Shown here: positions 54,601-64,000 of the stretch, piece after piece
How positions within the stretch are numbered: the stretch's first letter is position 1
How the letters are laid out: every line of letters starts with the position of its first letter
Source of the DNA: an uncultured virus (IMG/VR IMGVR_UViG_3300043006_000086)
Lineage: Duplodnaviria > Heunggongvirae > Uroviricota > Caudoviricetes
DNA: 64,000 nt
IMG/VR virus record: IMGVR_UViG_3300043006_000086
Location: 1 to 64,000 of that record
Strand: one strand, 5' to 3'
Notes under the pieces: generated by a model
Database searches by the model: none
Told to the model about the DNA's origin: nothing
What the model saw: only the letters and a program-made list of their open reading frames with translations
Position numbers and translations under genes: made by a program

Positions 54601-57300
54601 CAGAATAATGTTACTGCAACTGAAACGAAAGTAGATGGAGAAGATAATACGCAAACAACTACATCTTCTTTTAACGTTTATTTAAGCACAATACTTCCAA
54701 TCGCAGTAAGAAGTTCTGATGATTTTGTAACTTTTGATGGAACGACAGAAATTGCTTATGATGCTTCTGGAGTAAATCCTAGTTATTATAAAAATAAATA
54801 TCAACTATATAAATATAAAGATGGCCATTCAGTTGCTTTTAATGATAAAAATAGTGTATCTTGGTATATATCTAGTGGAGATCCTAAATTTGATGCAAGA
54901 TATTATCCACAAGTGTCAACTGATGGAATCATTACAGTTCCTTCAATGTATATTCAAGGAAATAGTACCAAATTTGCTATTGAGGCAGTTAATAATGGTA
55001 GTGAAGATGAAGAACCTATCTTTTGGACACAACCAATTTATATTCATCAAAACACTTATTCTTCTTTAATGCTGAACTCTTGGGACGGTAGTTTGACTTA
55101 TGATGAAGAAAATGGTACAATATTATCAGCGATGATAGGAGCCGGAGAAAAAAATGAAGATAATCAATTCAATGGCGTTCTTATGGGAAAAGCTTCAAAA
55201 GCAGATGAAACCGCAAAACAAATTGGACTTTATGGATATAATAAAGGCGCGCAATCATTTGGATTTTTAATAGATGGAACTGCTTTTTTAGGAAAAGCAG
55301 GACATGGAAGAATTCTTTTTGATGGCGATACAGGAGTTATTCAAAGTCAGAATTATGAAAGTAATTCTGAAGGAATGAAAATTGATCTTAATACTGGAAT
55401 TCTTATTTCTAAAGGACCAAAATTTTCTGAAACAATAAGCTCCAGTTGGGATGAGGAGTCTGGAAAAGAGATTGAAAAAACTAGTCAAGCAATGATTAAA
55501 ATAGATCCAACTCCAAGCGCAGATGAGAATGATAATACCTATGGTAATCCATATTTTCTAGTTCAAAGTTGTAATGGAAATAAGTTGATTAATATATCTT
55601 CTACAAATATGTATATTCAAACAGATGATTTTTGTTCAACATCTGGTTCTGAAGCAGGAGTTAGATTTGATTTAAGTAGAAGTAAATTAACTGGTTATAA
55701 TTTTGAATTTTTTACCAAAGAAACCGAAGGCGAATATGCTGGTTCATACGTAAAAATCGCTAGTGATGGAAATCCTTATTTAGAAGTTTATCAAAAATAT
55801 ACTGAAGATAATAAGGTTTTAAGAGATCTTAAATTAATGTATATTGGGAAAAAAAACTTTATTATTCAAAGTCAAAATTGGAATAATGATGCTCAAACAG
55901 GAGTTCAATTAAACTTAGCAGGAGATAATCCTAAATTAACTGCTTATAATTTTTCTATTAAAGCTATAGCTAATGATGAAACTTATAATGGATCTTATAT
56001 TCAAATAGATAGCAGTGGAAGTCCATTTTTTAGAATCTATTATCAAAATAGTGGACAATCTTATTATAAATGGGCATCTTCAGAATGGGAAGAAGGAAAA
56101 GATTATTATTGTATGACTGACGAGGGAGAATTTACAGAGGCAAATGGAAAAGAAGCTGCTGGAACTGCTTATTATATTAAACAAACGAAGTCTGATCCCG
56201 CTACAGTACATTTAGTAGATATTACTAAGAATAATTTTGTTTTAAGATCTCAAAATTGGGATACAACAAATAAAACTGGAACTTGTTTAAATATGAATAC
56301 AGGAGTTCTTAGATCTTATGATTTTAAGATTGATGCTTCTGGAAGAACTTTTACAGTTAAAGAAAATAATGTAACAACAACCAAAGAAGGTTATTTGATA
56401 ATCGACAGTGGCGCAAGTGAATATCCTCTAAAAATTGGACCTTATTTTAAAGTAAAATGGAGTGGAAAAATTTATGCTACTGATGGAGAATTTAGCGGAA
56501 AAATTAATGCTGATGAAGGTTCCATTGGAGGTTGGAGCATAGATAAAGATAGACTTTATAGTAATTATACACTTTATACAGAAGATCAAGAGGAAATTTC
56601 AAGTAGTTTTATATTAAGTTCTACAGATTTTACTAAAAAGATAAATGGGTCAGATAGAGACAAATTAAGACTGGTTATAGGTAACAATTTTGCAGTATCA
56701 AGCAGTGGAAATATTTATTGCAATGGAGCCGATATTTCTGGGGCTACTATTGGGGGAGCAACAATTTCTAAAGGAACCATTGGAGGAGCAGCAATATCTT
56801 ACGGAAGCATTGAGAACGCAAACATATCTTATGGAACCATTACTAGCGCAGAAATAACAGATTGTAACATAGGAGGAACTTTTACGCTAGGAGGAACTAC
56901 AGTTGAAATAGCGACTGAAAAAGTTTTATCTATGACTTCTGGGTTAAGTGATCGAGCAACAGTCCTAAATGATTCTACATCTCTTACACAGACAGATACC
57001 TCTGTGAGTGGTAGTATTTCTGTATCAGTTCCATCATCTAGTTTTCTTACTTCAGTAGCTGTCGACAGTGCTAGTGGAAGTGTTACTATAGGAGATAAAA
57101 CTTACCCTGTAACAGTAAGTGTCTCCTTAAAAAAATCTTTTAATTCCTCTGCGGTAAGTTGTACAACTAGTAATTCTTTAACATATAAACAAGCATCATT
57201 GGATAAACAAACTTCACAATGTACAACTCATTTAAAAAATACTTTTAAAAAACTTACGGTTTTAGCGGCTACAAGTGCAGGAACAGAAACTGAATCTTAA
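51667..57300 (+). CDS. Large tail-tip / fiber-like structural protein (1877 aa)
   Basis: Follows tape measure; GSIGGW tail motif; internal repeats; S/T-rich C-terminus. Confidence 0.7.
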   Translation: MAVKDYSALVDNLFKSVDVIVEKQLEALPYDRTIKCSIVNTDNADKGEYIVSDGASSYKAYSENTDYQEGIYVYVNIPNGDFNEQKMIVGKCTSDDTEYFTYVPPMETYIDITHNLIDEGSPEASLLANGNRAGVTIWSAKNLNLKGYDRLGIQASFKAWLNSMNCISGSYGLRVDIRVVENNTTQETNKYKYYSFNLDSEADMYGSPYNFETFYSQEKVVDISGLGTIDTMRVVFYQNSDFYNGDKELIPNYDSDLKMDLPDNLFIQDAYISVGYNLSDFTEDTLMLFTLDSETYGTDLNILKDRLKDKTVDDADLTDSERKFLELDLNDVNAVNTYLTECVNRKNLQLRWIHLDESTENFKSLETLPKDETYGQKGIIHWYRYKLANGVEDELAGAFYEEMQDSKDKFSIEFDPDITEQTERVKAILEYPSREYIEKVKKDDTTLIRYKDTIKGNERFLYNLCQEGATSVDDIKDEALKTNVTNLLTAINKLSEGQRILELGLEGLKTFTTVMNQVCKTENDATNLLKNLGFGNFDESNAAVLASKGDVIASGNTLVEQQKNEVEELNAYYKNIGSSVDAKGELETQHSSEKELAQSYIDSLSTSLKYYFGVDLYFNGKPYTEDEMTNAVTEYESREAELDGSVNYYESEVLILSNEQKVADKATIDLIKGLSIECDTAGYNGNYKIYDDTGKIMSSSEGSKLRTLTATYTSLVSGEDELDTAEQISWYIPIENTMIYYPTKGYEYDDYKMISIADEAEFKSYIGQIYTKTINGVYLSDNGYNKVTTQDTYSSLTNYYIKITEKDLSTKVEDGYFVITRRGTEKVGKEPGLEEADSTEQLFRIKSQYTQSAINNTIRCEVVKNNMTYSAEVSLTFGPHGINGTDYTFTLEFEDNSLALTYGKSVTVVPKVYDNENNDITSTFTDGFDFSWYSEGDGGLEMANESGNTCTINTVEETGKSILDCRYYILKAKTKQAVQNNVTATETKVDGEDNTQTTTSSFNVYLSTILPIAVRSSDDFVTFDGTTEIAYDASGVNPSYYKNKYQLYKYKDGHSVAFNDKNSVSWYISSGDPKFDARYYPQVSTDGIITVPSMYIQGNSTKFAIEAVNNGSEDEEPIFWTQPIYIHQNTYSSLMLNSWDGSLTYDEENGTILSAMIGAGEKNEDNQFNGVLMGKASKADETAKQIGLYGYNKGAQSFGFLIDGTAFLGKAGHGRILFDGDTGVIQSQNYESNSEGMKIDLNTGILISKGPKFSETISSSWDEESGKEIEKTSQAMIKIDPTPSADENDNTYGNPYFLVQSCNGNKLINISSTNMYIQTDDFCSTSGSEAGVRFDLSRSKLTGYNFEFFTKETEGEYAGSYVKIASDGNPYLEVYQKYTEDNKVLRDLKLMYIGKKNFIIQSQNWNNDAQTGVQLNLAGDNPKLTAYNFSIKAIANDETYNGSYIQIDSSGSPFFRIYYQNSGQSYYKWASSEWEEGKDYYCMTDEGEFTEANGKEAAGTAYYIKQTKSDPATVHLVDITKNNFVLRSQNWDTTNKTGTCLNMNTGVLRSYDFKIDASGRTFTVKENNVTTTKEGYLIIDSGASEYPLKIGPYFKVKWSGKIYATDGEFSGKINADEGSIGGWSIDKDRLYSNYTLYTEDQEEISSSFILSSTDFTKKINGSDRDKLRLVIGNNFAVSSSGNIYCNGADISGATIGGATISKGTIGGAAISYGSIENANISYGTITSAEITDCNIGGTFTLGGTTVEIATEKVLSMTSGLSDRATVLNDSTSLTQTDTSVSGSISVSVPSSSFLTSVAVDSASGSVTIGDKTYPVTVSVSLKKSFNSSAVSCTTSNSLTYKQASLDKQTSQCTTHLKNTFKKLTVLAATSAGTETES

Positions 57301-57338
57301 AAGTTAATTCTATAAATAATAAAAAGGAGAAAAAGGAT

Positions 57339-57725
57339 ATGACAAAAACTTTTACAAACAATGAAATTTATAATTATGCAACTCTTTTAGGAGATGCTTT
57401 TAACAATAGCGAACTTTATCTTCCAGTTAAGATAAATTTCTATTTACAAAAAAATATTACTGCTATTACTGAATTAGCAAAATCTATTGAGGATTCTCGT
57501 ATGAAAATTGCTCAGCATTATGGAAAAATGAATGAAGATGGACAAGGATTTCAGATTCCACCAGAAAACATTGAGCAGGCTAGTAAAGAACTTGAAGATC
57601 TTTTCAATCTTGAACAGGAAGTAAAAATTTATACAATTAAACTTGATACTTTTGATGATACTCAGATTTCAACTAAACAGATGCAAGCTATTTTATTTAT
57701 GATTGAAGATCCAGAGGAGGAGTAA
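57339..57725 (+). CDS. Hypothetical protein (possible tail-fiber chaperone)
   Basis: ORF track; AAGGA SD. Confidence 0.7.
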   Translation: MTKTFTNNEIYNYATLLGDAFNNSELYLPVKINFYLQKNITAITELAKSIEDSRMKIAQHYGKMNEDGQGFQIPPENIEQASKELEDLFNLEQEVKIYTIKLDTFDDTQISTKQMQAILFMIEDPEEE

Positions 57726-57729
57726 TATA

Positions 57730-57933
57730 ATGACTACAGAACAGATTTCAGAACTTATTAAAACATATAATACTCTTTTGTTAATTTCAACAAAAGGAAA
57801 AGATACTCTTATGATGGCTAAATGCCTTGAAGCTTTACAAGGAATTATTTCTGAAACCGCAAAATCTCTCGGAGTAGAGCTTGAAGAAGTTCCGATTGCA
57901 GAAGAGGAAACTGAAACAGAAAAAGAGGAGTAA
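57730..57933 (+). CDS. Small acidic hypothetical protein
   Basis: Start MTTEQ after GAGGAGG SD. Confidence 0.7.
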   Translation: MTTEQISELIKTYNTLLLISTKGKDTLMMAKCLEALQGIISETAKSLGVELEEVPIAEEETETEKEE

Positions 57934-57939
57934 AAGAAT

Positions 57940-60516
57940 ATGGCTACAAAATTGTACCCGCCTAGCATAGGAGGCACAATTCCGGCTTTCTGCGGGACCA
58001 CCTTAGTGGTCCCGTTTTCTATGAATAGAGCAGTGTCAAGAATAGAAGTAGCCGGATTTAGATTAAAAATAAAGACTGTAAGTGGCAATCAAATCGCTGT
58101 TTTAAAAACATCAAATTCCACAGACTATGATATGCAATCAGATATGTATGTTCAATTTGATGTCACCTCAATTAAAAGTCAATTAAATATTGGGCAATAT
58201 TATAAAATTCAATTAGCTTATGTGAGTAAAGGTGGCGTAGTTGGTTACTATTCTACTGTTGGAGTCATTAAATATACAACAGAGCCTTCTGTAGTAATTA
58301 GTGGATTGACTTTTGGTTCTGTTAATATGCACAATTATAGATATGTTGGAGTTTATAGTCAGGCTGGAGATAATCAAGATTCAACTGAAAAAATGTACTC
58401 ATCAAGATTTAAAGTATATGATAGTAATGATGTTTTAATAAAAGATTCTGGTGAAATTATTCATAATATTAATAATGATATAACCCCAGATGAATCTCAA
58501 GAAGAATTTTTACTATCAATAGACTTATCTCTTGATAAATCTTATTATATTCAATTTTCTATTACATCCACTAATGGATTAGAAAAAAGTTCTAATAGAT
58601 ATAGAATAATGCAACGTAGATCAATTAGTCCAGAAATTAATGCAGAATTGGTTGCTACATTAGACCAAGATAATGGAAATATTCTATTAACAATGAATGA
58701 TACTATTGATAGTGTTGTTTCTGGAACTTTCTTAATCTCTCGTGCAAGTAGTTTAAATGGATACGCTTGGGAAGAGTTTAGACGATTTGATCTTCAGTCA
58801 ATGATTCCAGATCAATGGAGTCTTCTTGATTGCACGATTGAACAAGGAGCAACATATAGATATTCATTACAACAATATAATGAAAATGGAATTTACTCAG
58901 ATAGATTATGTTCTAAAGATATTTTTGCGGACTTTGAGGATGCCTTTTTATATGATGGCGAACGCCAATTAAAAATTCGTTTCAATCCTAAAGTTTCAAC
59001 TTTTAAGAATGATATTCTCGAAACTAAGACAGAAACAATGGGAAGTAAGCATCCTTTTATAACAAGAAATGGCAACGTTAACTATGTTGAGTTAGCTCTT
59101 TCTGGACTAATTTCTTATCAAATGGACGAAGCAGAATTGTTCATGACTAAGGAAGAGTTGGGGATTTCCTCAAACATTACAGATTTGACTGGTGAAAATA
59201 TTACGGCTGAAAGAATCTTTAAGACAGCTGTTTTAGAATGGCTTACAGATGGTAATGCAAAGATATTTAGGTCTCCAACAGAAGGTAACTTTATTGTTCG
59301 ATTAATGAATGTATCTTTGAGTCCAAATGATACGGTCGGCCGCATGCTCCACACATTTACTTGTACAGCATACGAAATTGCGGATTATACCACAGATAAC
59401 CTAGAATACTACGGACTTATTGATCCAACAGAGAATCTTAAAACAATGACTAGATGGACAACAGTTGATTTGCTTGCAATAAAGAAAACATTAAGTGAAG
59501 ATGATAAAAGAGAGAAAATCCAAGTAAATGATAAAGTGGCTTATTCAGTATTCTTTGTCGATATGATGCCTGGCGCAATGATTTATATAGATGGAGAATC
59601 TATTAAGATTGGTGCTACTGGATCATATTCCGCGCAAGCTACAACAACTCCATTTAATAAGATTGAAGTTGCAGTAGATTCTTTATCTTATGGATTATTG
59701 ACTTATAGTTATCAAACTAAAGCTGTTAGTATATTTGGTAACATTCAACAGATTAATATTGAAGATGTTCCTTGCCAACAGATTATTGGTAAGATAGATA
59801 CAGATGTATATTCATATATTCAAGATACTAGAACTAGTGTTCTAAAATTATCTATGGCGAGATTTATTAAAAGAGATGTTGAATATGTTTTCTGTAATGT
59901 TGAGAAAGCAAGTGATTTCAATCCATATAATTCTTATACTTATTATACTGATGCTATGTGTCAGAATGAGATTACATCATTAGACACTTTAAAACTATAT
60001 CAAATCAGATGTAAAAGATCTGCCGGAAAAGAAATTCCTGGCGAAGGAGTATATGTTGATGCTAATTTTGATATATTTGCACCTTACTTAGATTATTATC
60101 TTGATGGAACAAAACCTTTAAATCAAACTCCACAGGAAATAACAGATGACTTATTTCAGATTTCTATTGATGGTGAAATTATTGACATTACAGAAACTGA
60201 AAAATATAAAATAGCTTCAACTGATGAAGTTAAAATTATTATCCCAAGTAATGGAGTTATCACTGAGGTTGGCTATTCAAAACAAATTGCGGTATACTCC
60301 TTTGAAGAAGATGAAGGTGGAGACTCAGAGGTAATAAAAGCAAAAGCAGATTATGTAGCAGCATTATCAAACTATGAGACAGTTAAAACAAATGAAAATA
60401 GTAGCACTGATGATGTAGATAGAAAAAGAGAAGATGTAAAAGAGAAATATAAAATTTTTATTAGCGAGCTAGATACGGCTATAAAAGATTATAAGGAGGC
60501 GAATGGTATAGAATGA
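57940..60516 (+). CDS. Tail / baseplate structural protein (Ig/FN3-like N-terminus, distal-tail-like middle)
   Basis: Beta-rich; D.T.EQG..Y.YSLQ; K.ET.GSK.PFI.RNG; K.FRSPTEGN. Confidence 0.65.
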   Translation: MATKLYPPSIGGTIPAFCGTTLVVPFSMNRAVSRIEVAGFRLKIKTVSGNQIAVLKTSNSTDYDMQSDMYVQFDVTSIKSQLNIGQYYKIQLAYVSKGGVVGYYSTVGVIKYTTEPSVVISGLTFGSVNMHNYRYVGVYSQAGDNQDSTEKMYSSRFKVYDSNDVLIKDSGEIIHNINNDITPDESQEEFLLSIDLSLDKSYYIQFSITSTNGLEKSSNRYRIMQRRSISPEINAELVATLDQDNGNILLTMNDTIDSVVSGTFLISRASSLNGYAWEEFRRFDLQSMIPDQWSLLDCTIEQGATYRYSLQQYNENGIYSDRLCSKDIFADFEDAFLYDGERQLKIRFNPKVSTFKNDILETKTETMGSKHPFITRNGNVNYVELALSGLISYQMDEAELFMTKEELGISSNITDLTGENITAERIFKTAVLEWLTDGNAKIFRSPTEGNFIVRLMNVSLSPNDTVGRMLHTFTCTAYEIADYTTDNLEYYGLIDPTENLKTMTRWTTVDLLAIKKTLSEDDKREKIQVNDKVAYSVFFVDMMPGAMIYIDGESIKIGATGSYSAQATTTPFNKIEVAVDSLSYGLLTYSYQTKAVSIFGNIQQINIEDVPCQQIIGKIDTDVYSYIQDTRTSVLKLSMARFIKRDVEYVFCNVEKASDFNPYNSYTYYTDAMCQNEITSLDTLKLYQIRCKRSAGKEIPGEGVYVDANFDIFAPYLDYYLDGTKPLNQTPQEITDDLFQISIDGEIIDITETEKYKIASTDEVKIIIPSNGVITEVGYSKQIAVYSFEEDEGGDSEVIKAKADYVAALSNYETVKTNENSSTDDVDRKREDVKEKYKIFISELDTAIKDYKEANGIE

Positions 60517-63419
60517 GAAATCCGTTATATGATAAAGATTTTTTAAAAGAATTGGATAATCAAAAAGAACGTGAAATATATACCAAAATTATCGCCTTAG
60601 ATTTAAATGAAAATCCAGTAGAAGAAGTGTCAGGTAGAGTAACGCAAGGTTCTGTCAGTATTGATGGGACCTCTGCGGTCCGCCGCACATGTTCTTTATC
60701 CATGGTCGCACAAGAAATGAATATTCATGAATATTATTGGGGCATGAATACAAAATTCAAACTTGCTGTTGGAATGAAGAATAAAATAAATAGTAAATAT
60801 CCAGATATTATTTGGTTTCCGCAAGGTATTTATTTAATTACTTCATTCAGCACATCTCAAGGAACATCTTCTTATACAATTTCAATTTCTGGAAAAGATA
60901 AGATGTGTTTATTAAATGGAGATATTGGAGGTTCTATATACTCATTAACATATGATTTTGGTACAATGGATTATATCACTGCGGAAGGTGATACTATTAA
61001 TGAATCCATTGAAATTAAAGATATTATTCGAGAAATAGTACATGAGTTTGCGCAAGAGCCTTATCATAATATTGTAATCAATGATTTGGAAGATTGCGGT
61101 GTTGAGCTTTTGGAATACCGAGGTTCAACTGACATGTTTCTTATAGTCAACCAAAACTCAAATGAAGTAACTGGAATGTCTTTTAATGAAAATCAAGGCG
61201 GATATTATGGTTATAATATAGATGGAGTGTTTAAAGATAATATAACTTTAGGGAATCTTGAGTCAGATGCTATCAAAGGGAGATATGATCATCGAATTTC
61301 ATTAAATACAAATGCGGCAGACCCAACTTATATATATGTTAAATCAGATACAACAAAAACGCCATATACAGTAATTAGAGTCACTTATGGAGATGTTGTT
61401 GGATATAGAGAAACTTCATTAACATATGCAGGAGATTTAATTGGAAATGTAGGAGAGTCATTAACTTCTTCCTGTCTTGATAAGATTAAAAATATGTTGG
61501 GAGATTTTGAATATTTTTATGATCTTGATGGCAGATTTATCTTTCAAAGAAAAAAGACTTATACAAATGTATCTTGGAATAATATTACAACAACAGATGA
61601 TGAAACATATGTAGATAATTCAGCATACTTATCTGCGGATGATTATTCATTTGATGATAGTAATTTAATTACTTCATTTTCAAACTCTCCAGATTTAGCT
61701 AATTTAAAAAATGATTTTTCTATATGGGGCACGCGCACATCAGTTAGTGGTTCAGAATTACCAGTTCATTTAAGATATGCGATAGATAAAAAGCCATATA
61801 TTTATCAAACTTTAGGTGGTCATTTATATATGACTCAAGAGTATTATGATAATATAGAAAATCTTGGCTCTTTTGGATCATCTATAGTTACAAAAGATTC
61901 TTTTAGGACTCACACAATGCCCGAAGGATTAGATGATAATTGGTGGGAAATTGAAGACTGGGCAAAATATTATGAATATTTAACTGGTGCACTTCCAGAC
62001 CAAAAATTAAGTAACTATTGGACTGAATATACAAAAATTGATTTGGAGCAATACTTTGGAATAGGTAACGATGTTAGATGGAATGCTTCAAAATTATTAT
62101 TTTTATTTGATGTTGATTCTAATGGAGATTTAGCTTATATAGGCCATAATCCATCTTCGCTGACAGCTGATCCAAATGTTAATCATAAAACTTGCGAGCA
62201 TACTTATACTTATTTATTAAACTGTAAATATGAGAAAGGCTGGACTTCTTATATTTATAAACCGCAAATTCCAGAATTTACGCTTACTGATGAAATTAAA
62301 GATAAAGTAGCAAATATGGAAGCAACTATCTGTGATTGGAGAGAGATAATTTACCAAATGGCAGTTGATTATATTCAGCATCATAAAGAAGATGATTTTG
62401 TTTCTCAGGTAGCTACAAATAATCCAAACTTTTATTCTAGCGGATATACTGGATATGAAATGTATTACACAGATTTATATTCCTTTTGGAGAGATTTATA
62501 TAACCCAGATTATACTTATACTTATTCAATATCTGGATGTTATAAATCTGCATATGAAGCGAAGCCAGAAGACTATTATTGGTATGAACAGTGTACAAGT
62601 TCAGATGAGTATGATTCAAAAACGCAATATTATTCTTTGACTTTATATGGTACATATACAGTTAGAAAAATTACAGAAGAAACTTTTAATAAAGATAAAA
62701 CAAGTTTTTATTATTTAAAGCAAGGTACGTCTAAAGATACTTTTGAAGTTGATAGAATCTATTATTGTAAAGTAGAAGATGAATTTGATTCAGAATCCCA
62801 TTGGAGTAAGACAATTTCAGAATCACCAGAAAGTTTAAATTTTTGGTTTGATTTTTTAGATAACGATGGTGGTGACCTTTCTCAATACTCAGTTCGTAAT
62901 GTTGGAGATAGGCCCAAATCTGTTAATGATTCTGATGTAAAAGCCATTTATTTTAGAGATACACCGACTGTTATTTTTTTGGATCCCGCGCAGATTGAAG
63001 ATGATATTAGAGAAGCTTGGGAAGTTGAAATGGCTAAGGATAATACTTTAGGGCCTTTAACAGAAGATCAACTGCAAAAGAAGATACAGGAAGAAATAGA
63101 CAAGCAGAAAGACTTGAAGCCAGGTTATACTTTCTTTAAATTACAAAGTTATTTAGAGAATTTATTTACTATTAGCTCTCAAGGAAAATCTGCGCAAGAT
63201 GCATTAGATGATTTTCTCTATCAATATTCTTATTGCACAGAGACAATTACTATTAATGCACTACCAGTATATTATCTTCAACCAAATACTAGAATATTTG
63301 TAAGAGATGATAATAGTGGTATTAATGGTGAATATATCGTTACAAGAATTACGTTACCATTAAATTATAATGGAACAATGTCAATTACAGCGACAAAAGC
63401 TGTAGATAGAATATATTAG
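60513..63419 (+). CDS. Tail-tip hub / Tal-like protein
   Basis: GSVSIDG.SAVRRTC, EYFYDLDGRFIFQ, KNDF..WG, C-terminal GEYIVTRITLPL. Confidence 0.65.
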   Translation: MRNPLYDKDFLKELDNQKEREIYTKIIALDLNENPVEEVSGRVTQGSVSIDGTSAVRRTCSLSMVAQEMNIHEYYWGMNTKFKLAVGMKNKINSKYPDIIWFPQGIYLITSFSTSQGTSSYTISISGKDKMCLLNGDIGGSIYSLTYDFGTMDYITAEGDTINESIEIKDIIREIVHEFAQEPYHNIVINDLEDCGVELLEYRGSTDMFLIVNQNSNEVTGMSFNENQGGYYGYNIDGVFKDNITLGNLESDAIKGRYDHRISLNTNAADPTYIYVKSDTTKTPYTVIRVTYGDVVGYRETSLTYAGDLIGNVGESLTSSCLDKIKNMLGDFEYFYDLDGRFIFQRKKTYTNVSWNNITTTDDETYVDNSAYLSADDYSFDDSNLITSFSNSPDLANLKNDFSIWGTRTSVSGSELPVHLRYAIDKKPYIYQTLGGHLYMTQEYYDNIENLGSFGSSIVTKDSFRTHTMPEGLDDNWWEIEDWAKYYEYLTGALPDQKLSNYWTEYTKIDLEQYFGIGNDVRWNASKLLFLFDVDSNGDLAYIGHNPSSLTADPNVNHKTCEHTYTYLLNCKYEKGWTSYIYKPQIPEFTLTDEIKDKVANMEATICDWREIIYQMAVDYIQHHKEDDFVSQVATNNPNFYSSGYTGYEMYYTDLYSFWRDLYNPDYTYTYSISGCYKSAYEAKPEDYYWYEQCTSSDEYDSKTQYYSLTLYGTYTVRKITEETFNKDKTSFYYLKQGTSKDTFEVDRIYYCKVEDEFDSESHWSKTISESPESLNFWFDFLDNDGGDLSQYSVRNVGDRPKSVNDSDVKAIYFRDTPTVIFLDPAQIEDDIREAWEVEMAKDNTLGPLTEDQLQKKIQEEIDKQKDLKPGYTFFKLQSYLENLFTISSQGKSAQDALDDFLYQYSYCTETITINALPVYYLQPNTRIFVRDDNSGINGEYIVTRITLPLNYNGTMSITATKAVDRIY

Positions 63420-63434
63420 GAGGATAAGGAGAAT

Positions 63435-63785
63435 ATGGCAAAAAAAGTAAAACAATATCGTTACTATAATGAGCCATCAGCCGCAGGTATAACTAAAAAT
63501 CAGCCGACCAGTTCAAAACGTTCAGATTTTGTTTCTGGTTCTGTTTTTGGAGATAACTTCCCAGTTCTTCAGCTAGGTATTCAAGCTCTTCCTGGAACTA
63601 AATTCTACCTTAATGATGGGGTTGACCCCATCATTATTGGTAGTACAGGAATTTATGAATTAGATTTAAGTGAAGAGACTGAAATTAGCGCAATTTCTTT
63701 TGATGCAGATTCAATGAAATTAATTTCAGAAAATAATAACGCTTATTTAATAGTGGATATTATTTATGATAATGGGGAGGATTGA
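63435..63785 (+). CDS. Hypothetical structural protein
   Basis: LGIQALPGTKF..N....IIG.TG.YEL. Confidence 0.7.
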   Translation: MAKKVKQYRYYNEPSAAGITKNQPTSSKRSDFVSGSVFGDNFPVLQLGIQALPGTKFYLNDGVDPIIIGSTGIYELDLSEETEISAISFDADSMKLISENNNAYLIVDIIYDNGED

Positions 63786-63789
63786 TTGA

Positions 63790-64000
63790 ATGGGATTTTA
63801 TGGTAATATAACAAATACATCAAGAACTCAATTTCAGTTCGATAAAATATATTCAAATAGATATACAATGGATTTAAATTGCGGACTTGATGGAGTTTAT
63901 GCAGGTAGATTTGTATTAGTTGAATATGATAGTGAAATACAGGAAGATTCATTCAAAGACTTCTATTACGATGGATTAGATATGTATACTGCCGCTGATA
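63790..64000 (+). CDS. Hypothetical structural protein (partial, runs off right edge)
   Basis: GGAGG SD; MGFYGNITNTSRTQFQFDKIYSNRY... open to window end. Confidence 0.7.
   Translation, partial: MGFYGNITNTSRTQFQFDKIYSNRYTMDLNCGLDGVYAGRFVLVEYDSEIQEDSFKDFYYDGLDMYTAAD

Noticed and set aside
56400..57300. Diversity-generating retroelement target in the tail protein C-terminus
   Set aside because: No template repeat or reverse transcriptase seen in the window
1..64000. Stop-codon reassignment
   Set aside because: Long genes are intact in the standard code, and TAG, TGA and TAA all end genes next to plausible downstream starts

Overview
Part of a large, AT-rich tailed dsDNA phage genome. The host is probably Bacillota/Clostridia (sigmaA-type promoters, strong SD sites, an AbrB-like gene); the standard genetic code fits. 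Four zones are visible. (1) 1-5.1 kb: small minus-strand genes under TTGATT-type promoters. (2) 5.1-8.1 kb: a putative replication module (replisome-organiser-like HTH gene followed by a phased CTACAAAAATTTGTAG palindrome array) plus GC-rich non-coding repeats. (3) ~8.1-23.1 kb: a host-takeover-like island of tiny minus-strand genes, almost each behind its own TTGACA-N17-TATAAT promoter (roughly 40 by eye). It holds paralogous genes, ORF-less promoter cassettes that may make small RNAs, a repeated TGCACAAA-N14-TTTGTGCA site at a fixed distance from -35 boxes, and five ~27-bp GC palindromes with promoters firing into them. (4) 24.8-64 kb: plus-strand packaging and morphogenesis genes (sigma-like regulator with a probable ATA start, TerL, portal, protease/scaffold, capsid, tail tube, a 3386-aa tape measure protein, tail-tip proteins). 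The best candidate for an undescribed system is the operator/promoter/GC-palindrome module and the small-RNA cassettes in zone 3. All family assignments come from motif recognition by eye; no searches were run.
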